Assembly (NCBI GenBank): GCA_965215185.1 | Contig: OZ244034.1 | Location: forward strand, 800,001 to 864,000 | DNA: 64,000 nt | Source of the DNA: Acidimicrobiia bacterium | Lineage (GTDB): Bacteria; Actinomycetota; Acidimicrobiia; Spongiisociales; ZC4RG35 | Direction: 5' to 3' | In this document: positions 48,919 to 58,977 of the stretch, one piece after another | How the letters are laid out: each line of letters starts with the position of its first letter | How positions within the stretch are numbered: position 1 is the first letter of the stretch | The notes under the pieces: model-generated | Told to the model about the DNA's origin: nothing | Database searches by the model: none | Seen by the model: the letters and a program-made list of their open reading frames with translations, nothing else | Made by a program: the position numbers and the translations under genes

Positions 48919-50045
48919 GCCGGGAAAGCGGAAACGATCCTTTCCCGCGCCTCGATCCATGCTCGGTTCTTGATGTCCAAGAAGCCCAGATGGCCACCGT
49001 GGGTGAGGATCAATGTCTCGGTCTGATCACCGGCCGCCGACGCCTCCCTTACAAATCCGGTGGAGTGCTCCGAAGAGACCACCTTATCGTCAGCAGCGTG
49101 GATCATCAGGGTGTTCACGCCCAGCGGCGCCAGTGAGCGGGGAGAAGCGGCCCGCGGCTCCTGCCCCATCAGGTAGGCGCGGTCCAGGTCGCTGTCCCGG
49201 CGTAACGTGGTGACGCCGGCTAGGGAAACCGCCAGCCTGGGAGTCTTTGAGAACCTGCGCCACCAAAGAGCGGTCATCAGGGCCATGTTGCCTCCGGCCG
49301 AATGCCCTATCAGTGCCACCCGGTCCGAATCCAGCTCCGCCCGGGAGTCGATTGTGCGTCGGACTTGGCCCGTGGATTCCACGGTGGCCGGGAACCGACC
49401 ATCGCCATGAGGTGGTAAATACTCGAAGTTAAATGTGGCGTATCCCCGGGAGGCCAGATCAACGGCCATCCCATCCAATTGGTCTCTGCGCCACTGGCCC
49501 ATCCACCCTCCTCCGTGCAGCAATACCGCTACCGGATGTGGACTGGGACCTTCGGGCAGCCGGAGATCACCCTCTGCTCCCTGGTCTCCCAGAATGGTTT
49601 CAGGATTGCCCAGCCGTCGGTAGTGGAGATGGCGGATGCCCCACAAATAACCATCGGTGCCTCTGCCGTAGATGGTTCGCACGCAGGCGGGCGAGACTAC
49701 CGAACGTCGTCGCCAAGGCTCTCTCTTCATGATGTTGGAAATGTGAATCTCGACGGTGGGGATCTCCACGGCCGCTATGGCGTCGGCCAGGGAGTACGAG
49801 TAGTGGGTCAACGCTCCGGGGTTGATCAGCACACCATCCACCTGACCCCGCAGTCCATGCAGGTAATCGATGATGGCGCCCTCGTGGTTAGATTGATAGT
49901 GGGAGATATCGGCCCCGATAGTTCGTCCCCATGCTTTTAGCAGGCGCACCAGCTTGTCCAAGGTGGTGTGCCCGTAAACATCGGGTTGGCGAGTGCCCAA
50001 CAGGTTCAGGTTTGGACCATTGACTACTGCTATCCGCATGCCCAT
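48915..50045 (-). CDS. aroQ: type II 3-dehydroquinate dehydratase fused to an alpha/beta hydrolase
   Basis: NGPNLNLLGTRQPDVYG, QSNHEG, INPGALTHYS, EIHISN; then HGGGW, GHSAG, DKVV, GGH. Confidence 0.9.
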   Translation of the reverse strand: MGMRIAVVNGPNLNLLGTRQPDVYGHTTLDKLVRLLKAWGRTIGADISHYQSNHEGAIIDYLHGLRGQVDGVLINPGALTHYSYSLADAIAAVEIPTVEIHISNIMKREPWRRRSVVSPACVRTIYGRGTDGYLWGIRHLHYRRLGNPETILGDQGAEGDLRLPEGPSPHPVAVLLHGGGWMGQWRRDQLDGMAVDLASRGYATFNFEYLPPHGDGRFPATVESTGQVRRTIDSRAELDSDRVALIGHSAGGNMALMTALWWRRFSKTPRLAVSLAGVTTLRRDSDLDRAYLMGQEPRAASPRSLAPLGVNTLMIHAADDKVVSSEHSTGFVREASAAGDQTETLILTHGGHLGFLDIKNRAWIEARERIVSAFPA

Positions 50046-50055
50046 TGTTTTGAGG

Positions 50056-50850
50056 CTACTCACCACCGATGGGTTCTGTGACTGGTAAATGGTCGGCAAG
50101 CAGTTGGTGGGCCATTGCGAGGGTGCGAGGATCCAAGCTCCCTTCCGATATCTGTGCATTGGACGCCAGCTCGGCCACCAGGGCCTCCGAAACTTGGTCG
50201 ATGGTGATGTCGGCCTGCGCAGCCCGCAGCGACCCGGTGGCCGTCGGCTGCCAATCAAAGGAGAGTGCCCGGTACACCGGGGTGAGCACCTGGTTGATTG
50301 CTTCACGTCCGAATACCACCACCACCCCTCCCACATGAGCCACCCCTCGGCGCAGCCGCTGACCCACCCCCATGACTTTCCACCGTCCTGCCAGGTTGAC
50401 GCTGTAGCGGCCCGGGCAGTACTCGCCCGGCACTTCCCCCACCCGGGCGTCGAAGCCCAGAGACACAAGTGCCCCTATCACGATCCGATCTATCTGGGTA
50501 AAACGCGAAGAGATCTCTCGCAGTGGGTCCGTAGTGGGAATGGCCCAGGAAAATGCCAGCGTTCCCTCGTGAAAGACCGCCGCCCGACCCCCTGCCAGGC
50601 GCTCCACTGGATCGAAGCCCTCCGCCCGGCAAGCCTCCACAGCCTCCTGATATCCCTTGGACACCACATCCTGGCGGCCGAAGGCAACTATCCGTCCAGG
50701 TACGTAGAGGCGGAATGTTTCGCCCAACTGCCCGGTGGCCACTTGATTCAAGATGGCATGGGAGACCGCGGTGTCGAAAGCAGGATTCTCCGGGTGGGAT
50801 TGCCCAATCAGGGTGATAGGTCGCTGGATATCCAATGTATCACCGTTCAT
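50056..50850 (-). CDS. lipoate-protein ligase family protein (LipL-like)
   Basis: RLAGGRAA, GEYCPGRYSVN, KVMGVGQR. Confidence 0.85.
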   Translation of the reverse strand: MNGDTLDIQRPITLIGQSHPENPAFDTAVSHAILNQVATGQLGETFRLYVPGRIVAFGRQDVVSKGYQEAVEACRAEGFDPVERLAGGRAAVFHEGTLAFSWAIPTTDPLREISSRFTQIDRIVIGALVSLGFDARVGEVPGEYCPGRYSVNLAGRWKVMGVGQRLRRGVAHVGGVVVVFGREAINQVLTPVYRALSFDWQPTATGSLRAAQADITIDQVSEALVAELASNAQISEGSLDPRTLAMAHQLLADHLPVTEPIGGE

Positions 50851-51004
50851 TGTCGCCGGAAGTCAGGCGTAAACCGAAATCGGCTGGTGAGATTCGGGTC
50901 GGGGATCCCCAACCGAATCCCGCCGTTCAGAGTCGGGAGGGACACCTAGGGCGTTGCGGATTCGAAGAATTCGAGGACATGGGTTTTCCGAACCAGGGCC
51001 GCGT

Positions 51005-52243
51005 TCACTCCGCAGGCCGCTGCAGATTTTGATCCATCGGTAACACCGAGAAAAGTATCGCCGCAGTGGCGAACAAGGCGGCGATGTAGAAGGCGGTAGC
51101 GTCAAAACCCAGTGACTGGTACAGGGCCCCGGCTGCGATGGGGGAGAGCGTCACCAGCACGGTGCTGATGGTCGAGACCACCCCCAAGGCGGTATTCGCG
51201 ACTTCGCGTCCCACCATGTCGAATACCGTGGCGGTCAGGATCGGTTGATCCGGATAGAGGAACAGACCCATCAATGCGATTGTGATGGTGAGGGAAATAC
51301 CTGTGTTGAAAATGGTCAGCGTCAAAGCCACCAGGAAGGACCACACCAATCCTGGCACCAGGACCTGTTTGCGTCCCAACCGATCGGATAGATAGCCGGC
51401 CACCGGCTTGGCAATCAACCCGATGACGATGAGCAGCCCGATATGGAACCCTCGGGAAACCGTGCTCAAGGCCAGCTCGTTGTTCAGGTAGAGCGGCAAC
51501 ACGGTGACCAGTGCCACCAGGGCCATGGCCCGCAATCCGTACACCAGGGCCAGGCCCCACAGAACCGGTGTCCTCAGCAGGCGCCTGGTCACCGCCGCCC
51601 GTTGCGATGTGGCAACAGGGTCCTTCTCCTTCGTCCGGCCAATGTTTCGGAACACCCCCAGAGCCACCACCCCAAGAATCAACGGCGCCACGGCGTAAAT
51701 GCTCAGCAACTGCCGCCAGGTCAAGAAAGCCAAGAGTGCTCCGGTAGCCACGGGACCCACAACGTCTCCCACGCTGCCTCCCACGCCGTGGGTGGCCAAC
51801 GCCACGGCGCGCCTTTGTCGGAAGTGGTAGGAAAGGGAAGCAGAAGAGGGCAGGTGCCAGATCGAATGGGAGACAGCTACGATGACTATCCCGATCAAAA
51901 CCAGGTAATAGCCGGGGGAGACACCAATGAGGAAGGCCCCCACCGCCGAAGCCATCAGACAAGCGGCCAGAAGCGAACCCCAGTGTTCCCTCAGCATGTC
52001 GGCTACCACTCCGGCGGGCAGCTTCACCAATCCCGTGGCCAGTTCCCGCGCCGCCAGGATCCCACCCACACCGACGGCGTTGAGTAGGAACGCCTGTTGA
52101 ATCTCGGGCAACACCACCACGAAACTCTGCGCTATCCAGTGGAAGACCGAATGGCCAAGCGCCAACCCGAAGAGGATCACCCGGTTGCTGATCGGTCGAA
52201 ACGACTCCTCGGACAGGCCTTGTGGATCGGGAGTGTTAGTCAC
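51005..52243 (-). CDS. MFS transporter
   Basis: About 12 TM segments, WHLP, GYLSDRLGRK; start uncertain. Confidence 0.88.
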   Translation of the reverse strand: MTNTPDPQGLSEESFRPISNRVILFGLALGHSVFHWIAQSFVVVLPEIQQAFLLNAVGVGGILAARELATGLVKLPAGVVADMLREHWGSLLAACLMASAVGAFLIGVSPGYYLVLIGIVIVAVSHSIWHLPSSASLSYHFRQRRAVALATHGVGGSVGDVVGPVATGALLAFLTWRQLLSIYAVAPLILGVVALGVFRNIGRTKEKDPVATSQRAAVTRRLLRTPVLWGLALVYGLRAMALVALVTVLPLYLNNELALSTVSRGFHIGLLIVIGLIAKPVAGYLSDRLGRKQVLVPGLVWSFLVALTLTIFNTGISLTITIALMGLFLYPDQPILTATVFDMVGREVANTALGVVSTISTVLVTLSPIAAGALYQSLGFDATAFYIAALFATAAILFSVLPMDQNLQRPAE

Positions 52244-52532
52244 ATGCCAACCTGTCTCAGATTCCGGCAGTTGACCGTTCGACGGTGGGATCGGGCCAAA
52301 CCAACTGAGCCCTTGCCGCCACCGGGACCACATGCGCAGCTGCGTTCTTGCGAACAACGACCATGCTGACAGAGCCTACGGCAACCTGCCTGGCCCATCA
52401 CCCTCGGCGTTGACTTCATTTCCCACAGTTGGCCTTTGGCCGGTATGCGCGCCCGCGTCGCACAAGCGGGTGCAGGTGGAACATTGATATGGATTGCTGG
52501 TTGGAGCAAAACCAGGGTTAGCCTGATCTCTT

Positions 52533-54422
52533 ATGTGGCACGGCTGGCATAGCTACATGCGTAGCGTCGGAGAGTCTCCTCCCGCCATAGACAAAGCGCT
52601 CTTGCGCAGAGTGGCGGGGTACGGAAGACCATATCTGGGGCGATTGGTGGGGGTGCTGATCACTGTGGTGCTGATTTCCGGGCTCTCGGTGGTGCCACCC
52701 ATCCTGATCCGTTTTCTTATAGACGAGGCGATTCCTCAAGGGGACCTGGGCGCCCTTACCTGGCTGGGAATAGGGATGGTGGCCGTGCCGGTGGTGATCG
52801 CGGGTGTGGGGATCATCCAGCGTTGGTGGTCCTCCCATGCCGGGGAAGGCATTATCTTCGATCTTCGCAGGCAGCTGTACGCCCACCTGCAGCGCATGTC
52901 ACTCGGCTTTTTCACCAACACCCGAACAGGCGAACTGATCTCTCGCATCCAAAGCGATGTAGTCGGCGCCCAGCAAGCCATAACCGGCACTTTTGTGACC
53001 ATCCTGTCCAATGTGGTGGCGGTCGCCGCCATCCTGGCGGTGTTGATCAGCGCCGATTGGAGGCTCACCCTCCTGGCCGTGGCCGCGTTGCCACTCTTCA
53101 TAGCTCCTGCCCGGCGGGTGGCTCGAACGCTTCGGGCGGTCACCGAACGACAGATGAAACACAACGCCAACATGTCCTCCATCCTCCAGGAGACCTTCAA
53201 TGTCTCCGGCGCCCTGCTGGTGAAACTGTTCGACCGGGGGCACCGGGAATTGGGGCGCTTTTCGAAGGAGGCGGCCGGGGTGAGGGAACTGGGAGTCAAA
53301 AGCGCCCTCATAGGTCGCGGATTCCTAGCGGCTATGGGAGTGGTCAGCGCTCTGGGTACGGCATCGGTCTTCTGGGTGGGGGGATGGATGGTCATAGAAG
53401 GACACATCTCTTTGGGAACAGTGGTGATGTTCTCGACTCTGCTTGTCCAGCTCTATGCTCCGCTCACCGCCCTGTCCAATACCCGGGTGGAGTTCGCCAC
53501 CTCGCTGGTCTCCTTCGAACGGGTCTTCCAGGTTCTCGACATTCCTGTGGATCTGCCCGAGTCGCCTGATGCGAGGGATCTGACGAATGTGGTCGGGGAT
53601 GTGGAGTTCCATCAGGTGTGGTTCCAATATCCCTCTGACCGGCCAGCGGGATTGGGAGCTACGCAGCGTTTCACTCCCTGGGATGTCGCCTCTATGGACG
53701 GAGACGATGAGAACCAAACTCCGGTTTCCACCAGACAGTGGGCTCTTGAAGACATTTCTTTCCGGGCGCCGGCCGGGGGTCTGGTGGCGGTGGTGGGACC
53801 CTCGGGGGCCGGCAAGACCACCATGTCCTACCTGGTGCCTCGGTTGTATGAAGTTAATCGGGGCAAGGTGACTCTCGATGGCAACAACGTGCGTGATCTG
53901 ACTTTTGCCGCATTGGCCGCGGCGGTGGGGGAGGTGACCCAGGAAACCTATCTGCTCCACGACACCATCGCCGCCAATTTGCGTTATGCACAACCCGACG
54001 CCACCGAGGAGGAACTGTTGAGAGCCTGCGAGGCAGCCAACCTCACCGAGATGATCAGTGCTTTACCCAACGGCCTGGGCACCGTGGTGGGCGAGCGCGG
54101 CTACCGGCTGTCAGGCGGAGAAAAGCAGAGAGTGGCCATTGCCCGGGTAATACTGAAAAACCCCGCCATCCTCGTTTTGGACGAAGCCACGTCACATCTC
54201 GACACGCGTTCAGAGGCTCTGATCCAAGAAGCCCTGGAACGCCTGATGACGAAAAGGACCTGCCTGGTCATCGCCCACCGCCTTTCGACCGTAAAAACTG
54301 CCGATTTGATATTGGTGATTGATAAGGGACGCCTCGTCGAACAGGGAACCCACGAAGAACTTCTGGCACTGGGCGGTCTGTACGCAACCCTGTATCAAAC
54401 CCAGTTCCAGCCGGTCGGGTAG
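52533..54422 (+). CDS. ABC exporter, fused permease/ATP-binding protein
   Basis: TM domain, GPSGAGKTT, LSGGEKQR, LVLDEATS, IAHRLST. Confidence 0.94.
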   Translation: MWHGWHSYMRSVGESPPAIDKALLRRVAGYGRPYLGRLVGVLITVVLISGLSVVPPILIRFLIDEAIPQGDLGALTWLGIGMVAVPVVIAGVGIIQRWWSSHAGEGIIFDLRRQLYAHLQRMSLGFFTNTRTGELISRIQSDVVGAQQAITGTFVTILSNVVAVAAILAVLISADWRLTLLAVAALPLFIAPARRVARTLRAVTERQMKHNANMSSILQETFNVSGALLVKLFDRGHRELGRFSKEAAGVRELGVKSALIGRGFLAAMGVVSALGTASVFWVGGWMVIEGHISLGTVVMFSTLLVQLYAPLTALSNTRVEFATSLVSFERVFQVLDIPVDLPESPDARDLTNVVGDVEFHQVWFQYPSDRPAGLGATQRFTPWDVASMDGDDENQTPVSTRQWALEDISFRAPAGGLVAVVGPSGAGKTTMSYLVPRLYEVNRGKVTLDGNNVRDLTFAALAAAVGEVTQETYLLHDTIAANLRYAQPDATEEELLRACEAANLTEMISALPNGLGTVVGERGYRLSGGEKQRVAIARVILKNPAILVLDEATSHLDTRSEALIQEALERLMTKRTCLVIAHRLSTVKTADLILVIDKGRLVEQGTHEELLALGGLYATLYQTQFQPVG

Positions 54423-54506
54423 CGAGGTTTTTGTCTTCGTAGATACTTTGGGTTCCCTCACCTCGGCCGCCACTGCGAAAGGGAGTGTCCTTTCAACCGT
54501 TTCTCG

Positions 54507-54980
54507 ATGATCCTTATGTTGGTTGGCGTCGTCTCGCTACTCGCACTCGCGGGCTGCCACGGCGGTGGTGCCGAATCGGGCGAGCATAGCGATGGCGCGG
54601 AGTCGGGTGAACACGGCGATGGCGCGGAGTCGGGTGAGCATAGCGGTGGTTCCGAGTCGGGTGAACACGGCGATGGTTCGGAGTCGGGCGATGAAGAATC
54701 CGGTACCCAATTCGCGCTGGGCGAGACCTTCGACGAGGTTCGGGCCGGCGCTCGGCTGGTTCTTTCGTACGACTCGGAAGCCAATGTATTCGTTGGGAGG
54801 GTAGAAAACACCACCGGAGCGACGCTAAGGCGGGTCAGGGTCGAGGTCCATCTCTCAAACGGCACCGAACTGGGACCGACAGCTCCAGTCGACCTAACGC
54901 CTGGCCAGATTGTTGAAGTCACCCTCCCGGCAACCAGCCAAACATTCACCTCCTGGAGTGCCCATCCCGAAGTTGGTTGA
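54507..54980 (+). CDS. lipoprotein with His/acidic repeats and a C-terminal Ig-like domain
   Basis: Lipobox LAGC; [AS]ESGEH[SG][DG]G repeats; GRVENTT...RVRVEVHLSNG...WSAHPEVG. Confidence 0.8.
   Translation: MILMLVGVVSLLALAGCHGGGAESGEHSDGAESGEHGDGAESGEHSGGSESGEHGDGSESGDEESGTQFALGETFDEVRAGARLVLSYDSEANVFVGRVENTTGATLRRVRVEVHLSNGTELGPTAPVDLTPGQIVEVTLPATSQTFTSWSAHPEVG
54570..54695 (+). repeat. coding tandem repeat, about 4.7 copies of 27 bp
   Basis: gcggagtcgggtgaacacggcgatggc and variants. Confidence 0.88.
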
Positions 54981-55183
54981 GTTCTCGCCAGCGTGAACAC
55001 CCGCTCATCTGACCGTAGTGGCTGTCATCGCTGGGAGGCCATTCCAAGCCGCAGTCAACTTGGCGTCGTTTAAACCAGGCCAGGGTTCGAATTCACGTAT
55101 TACTCCAATGTCTCATGGACCGAAGGCCGGGTCTGCACCCGAGGATGCCATTGGTTGGAGAAGGAGTCAGCCCCGAAAGGCTA

Positions 55184-56227
55184 TCAGCCGACTAGCGTCA
55201 GAGCTTCGGTGGCGGTCCAAGAGCGATCGAAGTCCGTCCAACTCTGCCAGTCGGACCTGGGAAGAGTAAATCCCGCTTCCACCACCTGGCCCAGCACTGA
55301 AATAAAAACCCGGAGCTGGCGAGGGAGCGGGAAGTACTCTTCCTCGTCGGTGACGTGGGCCAGTTCGAAACCCTGGCTGGCCTCTAGCGAATCAATCACT
55401 TCCTGCACCAGGTGCTCGGGGGCCGAAGCGCCGGCGGTCAATCCCACTACCTTCACTCCCTCCAGCCACTCCGCCAAGATGTCACTCGCCCTGTCTATGC
55501 GGTGGGCGGCGGTTCCCAGATCGGCTGCCACCCTTACCAGCGCCTGGGTGTTGGAGGAGTTTTCCGATCCCACCACCAGGATCAGGTCACAGCTTTCAGT
55601 CAGGTTCTGCACGACGGTCTGGCGGTTGGTGGTGGCGTAGCAAAGGTCGGAGCGGCGGGCGGTCCACAGATCGGGAAATCGTTCGGCGGCTTGATCGTGT
55701 ACGGCGCCCCATTCGTGCATTCCGAGAGTCGTCTGGGCGACCAGCGCCACCCGGGTGGGGTTCTTTGGAGCGAAATTGGCCAGCCCCGACTCGGGAGCCA
55801 CCAAGGTGATCGCCTCTGGAGCGACCGCCAGGGTGCCCACTGCCTCGTCATGCTCCTCATGCCCGACATAGAGGATGTCATAGCCATTCTTTGCCATCCT
55901 CTTCACCTCGTGATGGACCTTGGTGACCAGGGGGCAGACCGCGTCGATCACCACCGCGGCCTTGTCTGCGGCGTCGATCACCACCTGGGGGGACGAGCCG
56001 TGAGCCGACAGCATTACCGGAGCCCCGGTTGGGACCTCCGAGATGTCGTTCACAAAGATCACGCCCGCCTTTTCAAAGGCGCGCACCACCCACGCATTGT
56101 GGACGATCTCGTGATAGCAGTAGACGGGCACCGCAAATATGCGCAACATCCACGTGAGCGCCTTTATGGCCATTTCCACTCCCGCGCAGAATCCGCGAGG
56201 TTCGGCCAGAATGATCCGTTCGACCAT
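55184..56227 (-). CDS. ispH: 4-hydroxy-3-methylbut-2-enyl diphosphate reductase
   Basis: PRGFCAGV, HEIVHN, SAHG, DAVCPLVTKVH, CYATTNRQ, SSNT, TAGASAP. Confidence 0.97.
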   Translation of the reverse strand: MVERIILAEPRGFCAGVEMAIKALTWMLRIFAVPVYCYHEIVHNAWVVRAFEKAGVIFVNDISEVPTGAPVMLSAHGSSPQVVIDAADKAAVVIDAVCPLVTKVHHEVKRMAKNGYDILYVGHEEHDEAVGTLAVAPEAITLVAPESGLANFAPKNPTRVALVAQTTLGMHEWGAVHDQAAERFPDLWTARRSDLCYATTNRQTVVQNLTESCDLILVVGSENSSNTQALVRVAADLGTAAHRIDRASDILAEWLEGVKVVGLTAGASAPEHLVQEVIDSLEASQGFELAHVTDEEEYFPLPRQLRVFISVLGQVVEAGFTLPRSDWQSWTDFDRSWTATEALTLVG

Positions 56228-56411
56228 ATGAAGCATGTTAGACGCGTAGCCAAGGCAACGAATATTGTGACCATCCGTGGGCCTTCGGACCGGTCCCAGT
56301 GATCGCACCCTGCCGGTTCCCCTTTCCCAATGAGATTTTCGCCCCACAGTCGTCAACGCGTCAAAGACATCGTGGGCAATTGGTTGGAACCAAACCCGTA
56401 GTCTTTCAGAT

Positions 56412-57734
56412 ATGTCTGCAGAGCGTTTAGCGGTGGTAGCGGTGGTGGGACGCCCGAATGTGGGTAAATCCACCCTGATCAACCGGATCATCGGACGGCG
56501 GGAGGCGGTTGTCCAATCCCAGCCGGGGGTCACCCGCGACCGTCGCATTTTCAACGCCAACTGGGCTGATCGCCAATTCTTGGTGGTGGACACCGGAGGC
56601 TGGGAACTTGATGCCTCCTCTCCCTTCTCCAAGGAGGTACGGCTACAGGCGGAGGCAGCGGTGAATGGCGCCGATGCAGTCTTGTTCGTGGTGGATGGCA
56701 CGGCGGCCCTGGGTGATGATGATGAGGGCATGGCCACTGTCGTGAAAAAGAGCGGGATTCCGGTGGTGGTGGCCGCCAACAAAATCGACAATACCAGCCT
56801 GGAGATGACCGTTTCCGACTACTGGACCTTGGGGCTGGGAGAACCCCATCCGGTCAGCGCCATCCACGGTAGGGGAGTGGGAGATCTACTGGATCGGGTC
56901 CTGTCGGCGCTCCCCAGCATCGTGGCCGGTGCGGTTGACGAGCACCCCCGGATTGCCATAGTCGGACGTCCCAATACCGGAAAGTCCACTCTGTTGAACC
57001 GCCTGTGCGGGTCCCGGCGGGTTATCGTTTCCAACGTTCCGGGCACCACCCGTGACCCGGTGGATGTGGATGTCGAGTTGGATGGAACCACCTATCGATT
57101 GGTGGACACCGCCGGGATACGTCGCCGTCCCAAGATCACCGAGGACGCCGACTACTACGCGGTCTTGAGGGCACATGAAGCGCTGGCCCGGGCCGATGCG
57201 GCCCTGTTGGTGGTGGACGCCCTGGATGGCGCCACCTATCAGGATCAAAAGATTGCATCGGCGGCAATGGAGTCGGGGACCGCTCTGGTGGTGCTGCTCA
57301 ACAAGTGGGACGCCATAGATCCGGAACAACGGGAAATCACCGAAAGGTCGATACCCGCCCGGCTGAGTTTTGTGTCATGGGCGCCGGTGCTGCGAATGTC
57401 AGCTTTGACCGGCTCTCGGATACACCGCCTCGGAGCGGCCGTGGAGATGGTTCTGCAGAACGCCGAGCAGCGAGTGTCCACCGGAGAGTTGAACCGGCTG
57501 GTGGCCAAATGGGTGGCCGCCCAACCGACACCGCCCAGAAAAGGCCGCAGGTGCAGAGTCATGTACGCGGTGCAGGTGGGAGTGCGCCCTCCCACCATCG
57601 TGCTGTTCACAGCGGGCGGACAATTGGCGCCCGAATACATGCGATACCTGGAGAGAAAACTCCGCGAAGAGTACGACCTGGTGGGAACTCCCATCCGCTT
57701 TGTCACTCGCCGCCGGGCAAGGGACTCAAGGTGA
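56412..57734 (+). CDS. der: ribosome biogenesis GTPase Der (EngA)
   Basis: Two G domains GRPNVGKS / GRPNTGKS, DTGG / DTAG, NKID / NKWD, KH-like C-terminus. Confidence 0.97.
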   Translation: MSAERLAVVAVVGRPNVGKSTLINRIIGRREAVVQSQPGVTRDRRIFNANWADRQFLVVDTGGWELDASSPFSKEVRLQAEAAVNGADAVLFVVDGTAALGDDDEGMATVVKKSGIPVVVAANKIDNTSLEMTVSDYWTLGLGEPHPVSAIHGRGVGDLLDRVLSALPSIVAGAVDEHPRIAIVGRPNTGKSTLLNRLCGSRRVIVSNVPGTTRDPVDVDVELDGTTYRLVDTAGIRRRPKITEDADYYAVLRAHEALARADAALLVVDALDGATYQDQKIASAAMESGTALVVLLNKWDAIDPEQREITERSIPARLSFVSWAPVLRMSALTGSRIHRLGAAVEMVLQNAEQRVSTGELNRLVAKWVAAQPTPPRKGRRCRVMYAVQVGVRPPTIVLFTAGGQLAPEYMRYLERKLREEYDLVGTPIRFVTRRRARDSR

Positions 57735-57892
57735 CCCACGGAGATTCTTATCTTCCCGAAACTGATGGACCGACCGAGGCCAAGGAGTCCTATCCAATCG
57801 GATTCAAGGTGGCGGTGACACTGACCGCCATCTACCTGCTGTACAGGCTGGGCCAGGGCGTATTGTGGCTGATCGCCCGCATTCTCGGTTGA
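57731..57892 (+). CDS. small membrane protein
   Basis: GTGA overlap with the der stop; PIGFKVAVTLTAIYLLYRLGQGVLWL. Confidence 0.7.
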   Translation: MTHGDSYLPETDGPTEAKESYPIGFKVAVTLTAIYLLYRLGQGVLWLIARILG

Positions 57893-57981
57893 TTCCTTTG
57901 TCTGGAAGGTCCACAGAACCAGCCACCGGGCCGACTTCGTCTACTCCATCGAAGGGTGGTACGGGTAAGGCCACAGGGTCC

Positions 57982-58467
57982 ATGGAGAACCCATTACCCC
58001 GACCTGCCGCTCGTATCTTGCTACTCGATCACAGCAGCAGGGTGCTTTTATTCCGTACCTGCCTTCCTCACCGCAGAGACTTCTCCCTATGGGTTACCCC
58101 TGGTGGAGGATTGAACCCGGGAGAGACATTTGAAGAGGCCGCCTTGAGGGAACTGCGGGAAGAAACAGGGCTGGACTCAGTGAACCCGGGCCTTTGCATT
58201 TGGACGAGGCGGCATGTCTGGCAGTGGGGCGATGTCTGGTACGACAACCAGGAGAGGTTCTTTTTCCTGCGGACGCCGCGTTTCAACGTCGTTCCCGTGG
58301 TCCCGGACACGATCTTCGGAGACCCCCAACTGGACCACCGCTGGTGGAGTCTGCAGGAAATAGAAGCTGCCCCAGAAGTCGAGTTTGCGCCCCGGCGTCT
58401 AGCCGAGCACTTGAGGCCCATTGTGGCTGGCTATCTCCCGGATACACCTGTCGACGTGGGGCCTTGA
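57982..58467 (+). CDS. NUDIX hydrolase
   Basis: Nudix box PGGGLNPGETFEEAALRELREETG. Confidence 0.92.
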   Translation: MENPLPRPAARILLLDHSSRVLLFRTCLPHRRDFSLWVTPGGGLNPGETFEEAALRELREETGLDSVNPGLCIWTRRHVWQWGDVWYDNQERFFFLRTPRFNVVPVVPDTIFGDPQLDHRWWSLQEIEAAPEVEFAPRRLAEHLRPIVAGYLPDTPVDVGP

Positions 58468-58576
58468 AATGGCTGTCTTCGTGGAGTAGGGACGGGCATC
58501 GCCGGATCCCAATACTGTGCCAACTGGAGCTTCGAGAAACGGTGCCGTGCACTCTGAGGTCAGGAGGTAAAAAACC

Positions 58577-58652
58577 GGTCGGGCTGGCCGGATTTGAACC
58601 GGCGACCTCTTGACCCCCAGTCAAGCGCGCTGCCATGCTGCGCCACAGCCCG
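58577..58652 (-). tRNA. tRNA-Pro(GGG)
   Basis: cgggctgtggcgcagcatggcagcgcgcttgactGGGggtcaagaggtcgccggttcaaatccggccagcccgacc. Confidence 0.96.
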
Positions 58653-58713
58653 GACCCGCTAGATGCTAACAGCAGCGAAGAACCATCCCCTCACAGGTAA
58701 AATGAAAAGGCCA

Positions 58714-58789
58714 GGGCCCGTAGCTCAAGTGGTCAGAGCAGCGGACTCATAATCCGTTGGTTGCAGGTTCGAGTCCTGCCGGGCCCACC
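58714..58789 (+). tRNA. tRNA-Ile2(CAT), lysidine type (alternatively elongator Met)
   Basis: gggcccgtagctcaagtggtcagagcagcggactCATaatccgttggttgcaggttcgagtcctgccgggcccacc; Ile2-like acceptor and anticodon stems. Confidence 0.9.
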
Positions 58790-58940
58790 CTCATTCACCC
58801 TGTTTCATCCTGTTTCCTGATGTTTCACGAAGTGCCACAAGTGCAGGTAGATCATCGTTTCCGCCATCGTGTGAGCACTAGGTGACCAGCCCTGCTCGCG
58901 TTCCTCGACGTTTCAAGTTGGTTCGGGTTGTTTCGTTTTG

Positions 58941-58962
58941 TGTGGGACGGCCTGTGGGACGG
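58941..58962 (+). repeat. tandem 10-bp direct repeat, putative integrase arm-type sites
   Basis: tgtgggacgg-cc-tgtgggacgg just upstream of the integrase RBS. Confidence 0.6.
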
Positions 58963-58977
58963 GATTGGAGGTGAGGG

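Noticed and set aside
48915-50468. 517-aa extended start for the aroQ fusion
   Set aside because: The extension overlaps the lipoate ligase gene; AroQ homology starts at MGMRIAVV (50045)
55082-55108. gggttcgaattc...ctcca as a tRNA 3' fragment/att
   Set aside because: The T-stem does not pair and it matches no tRNA in the window
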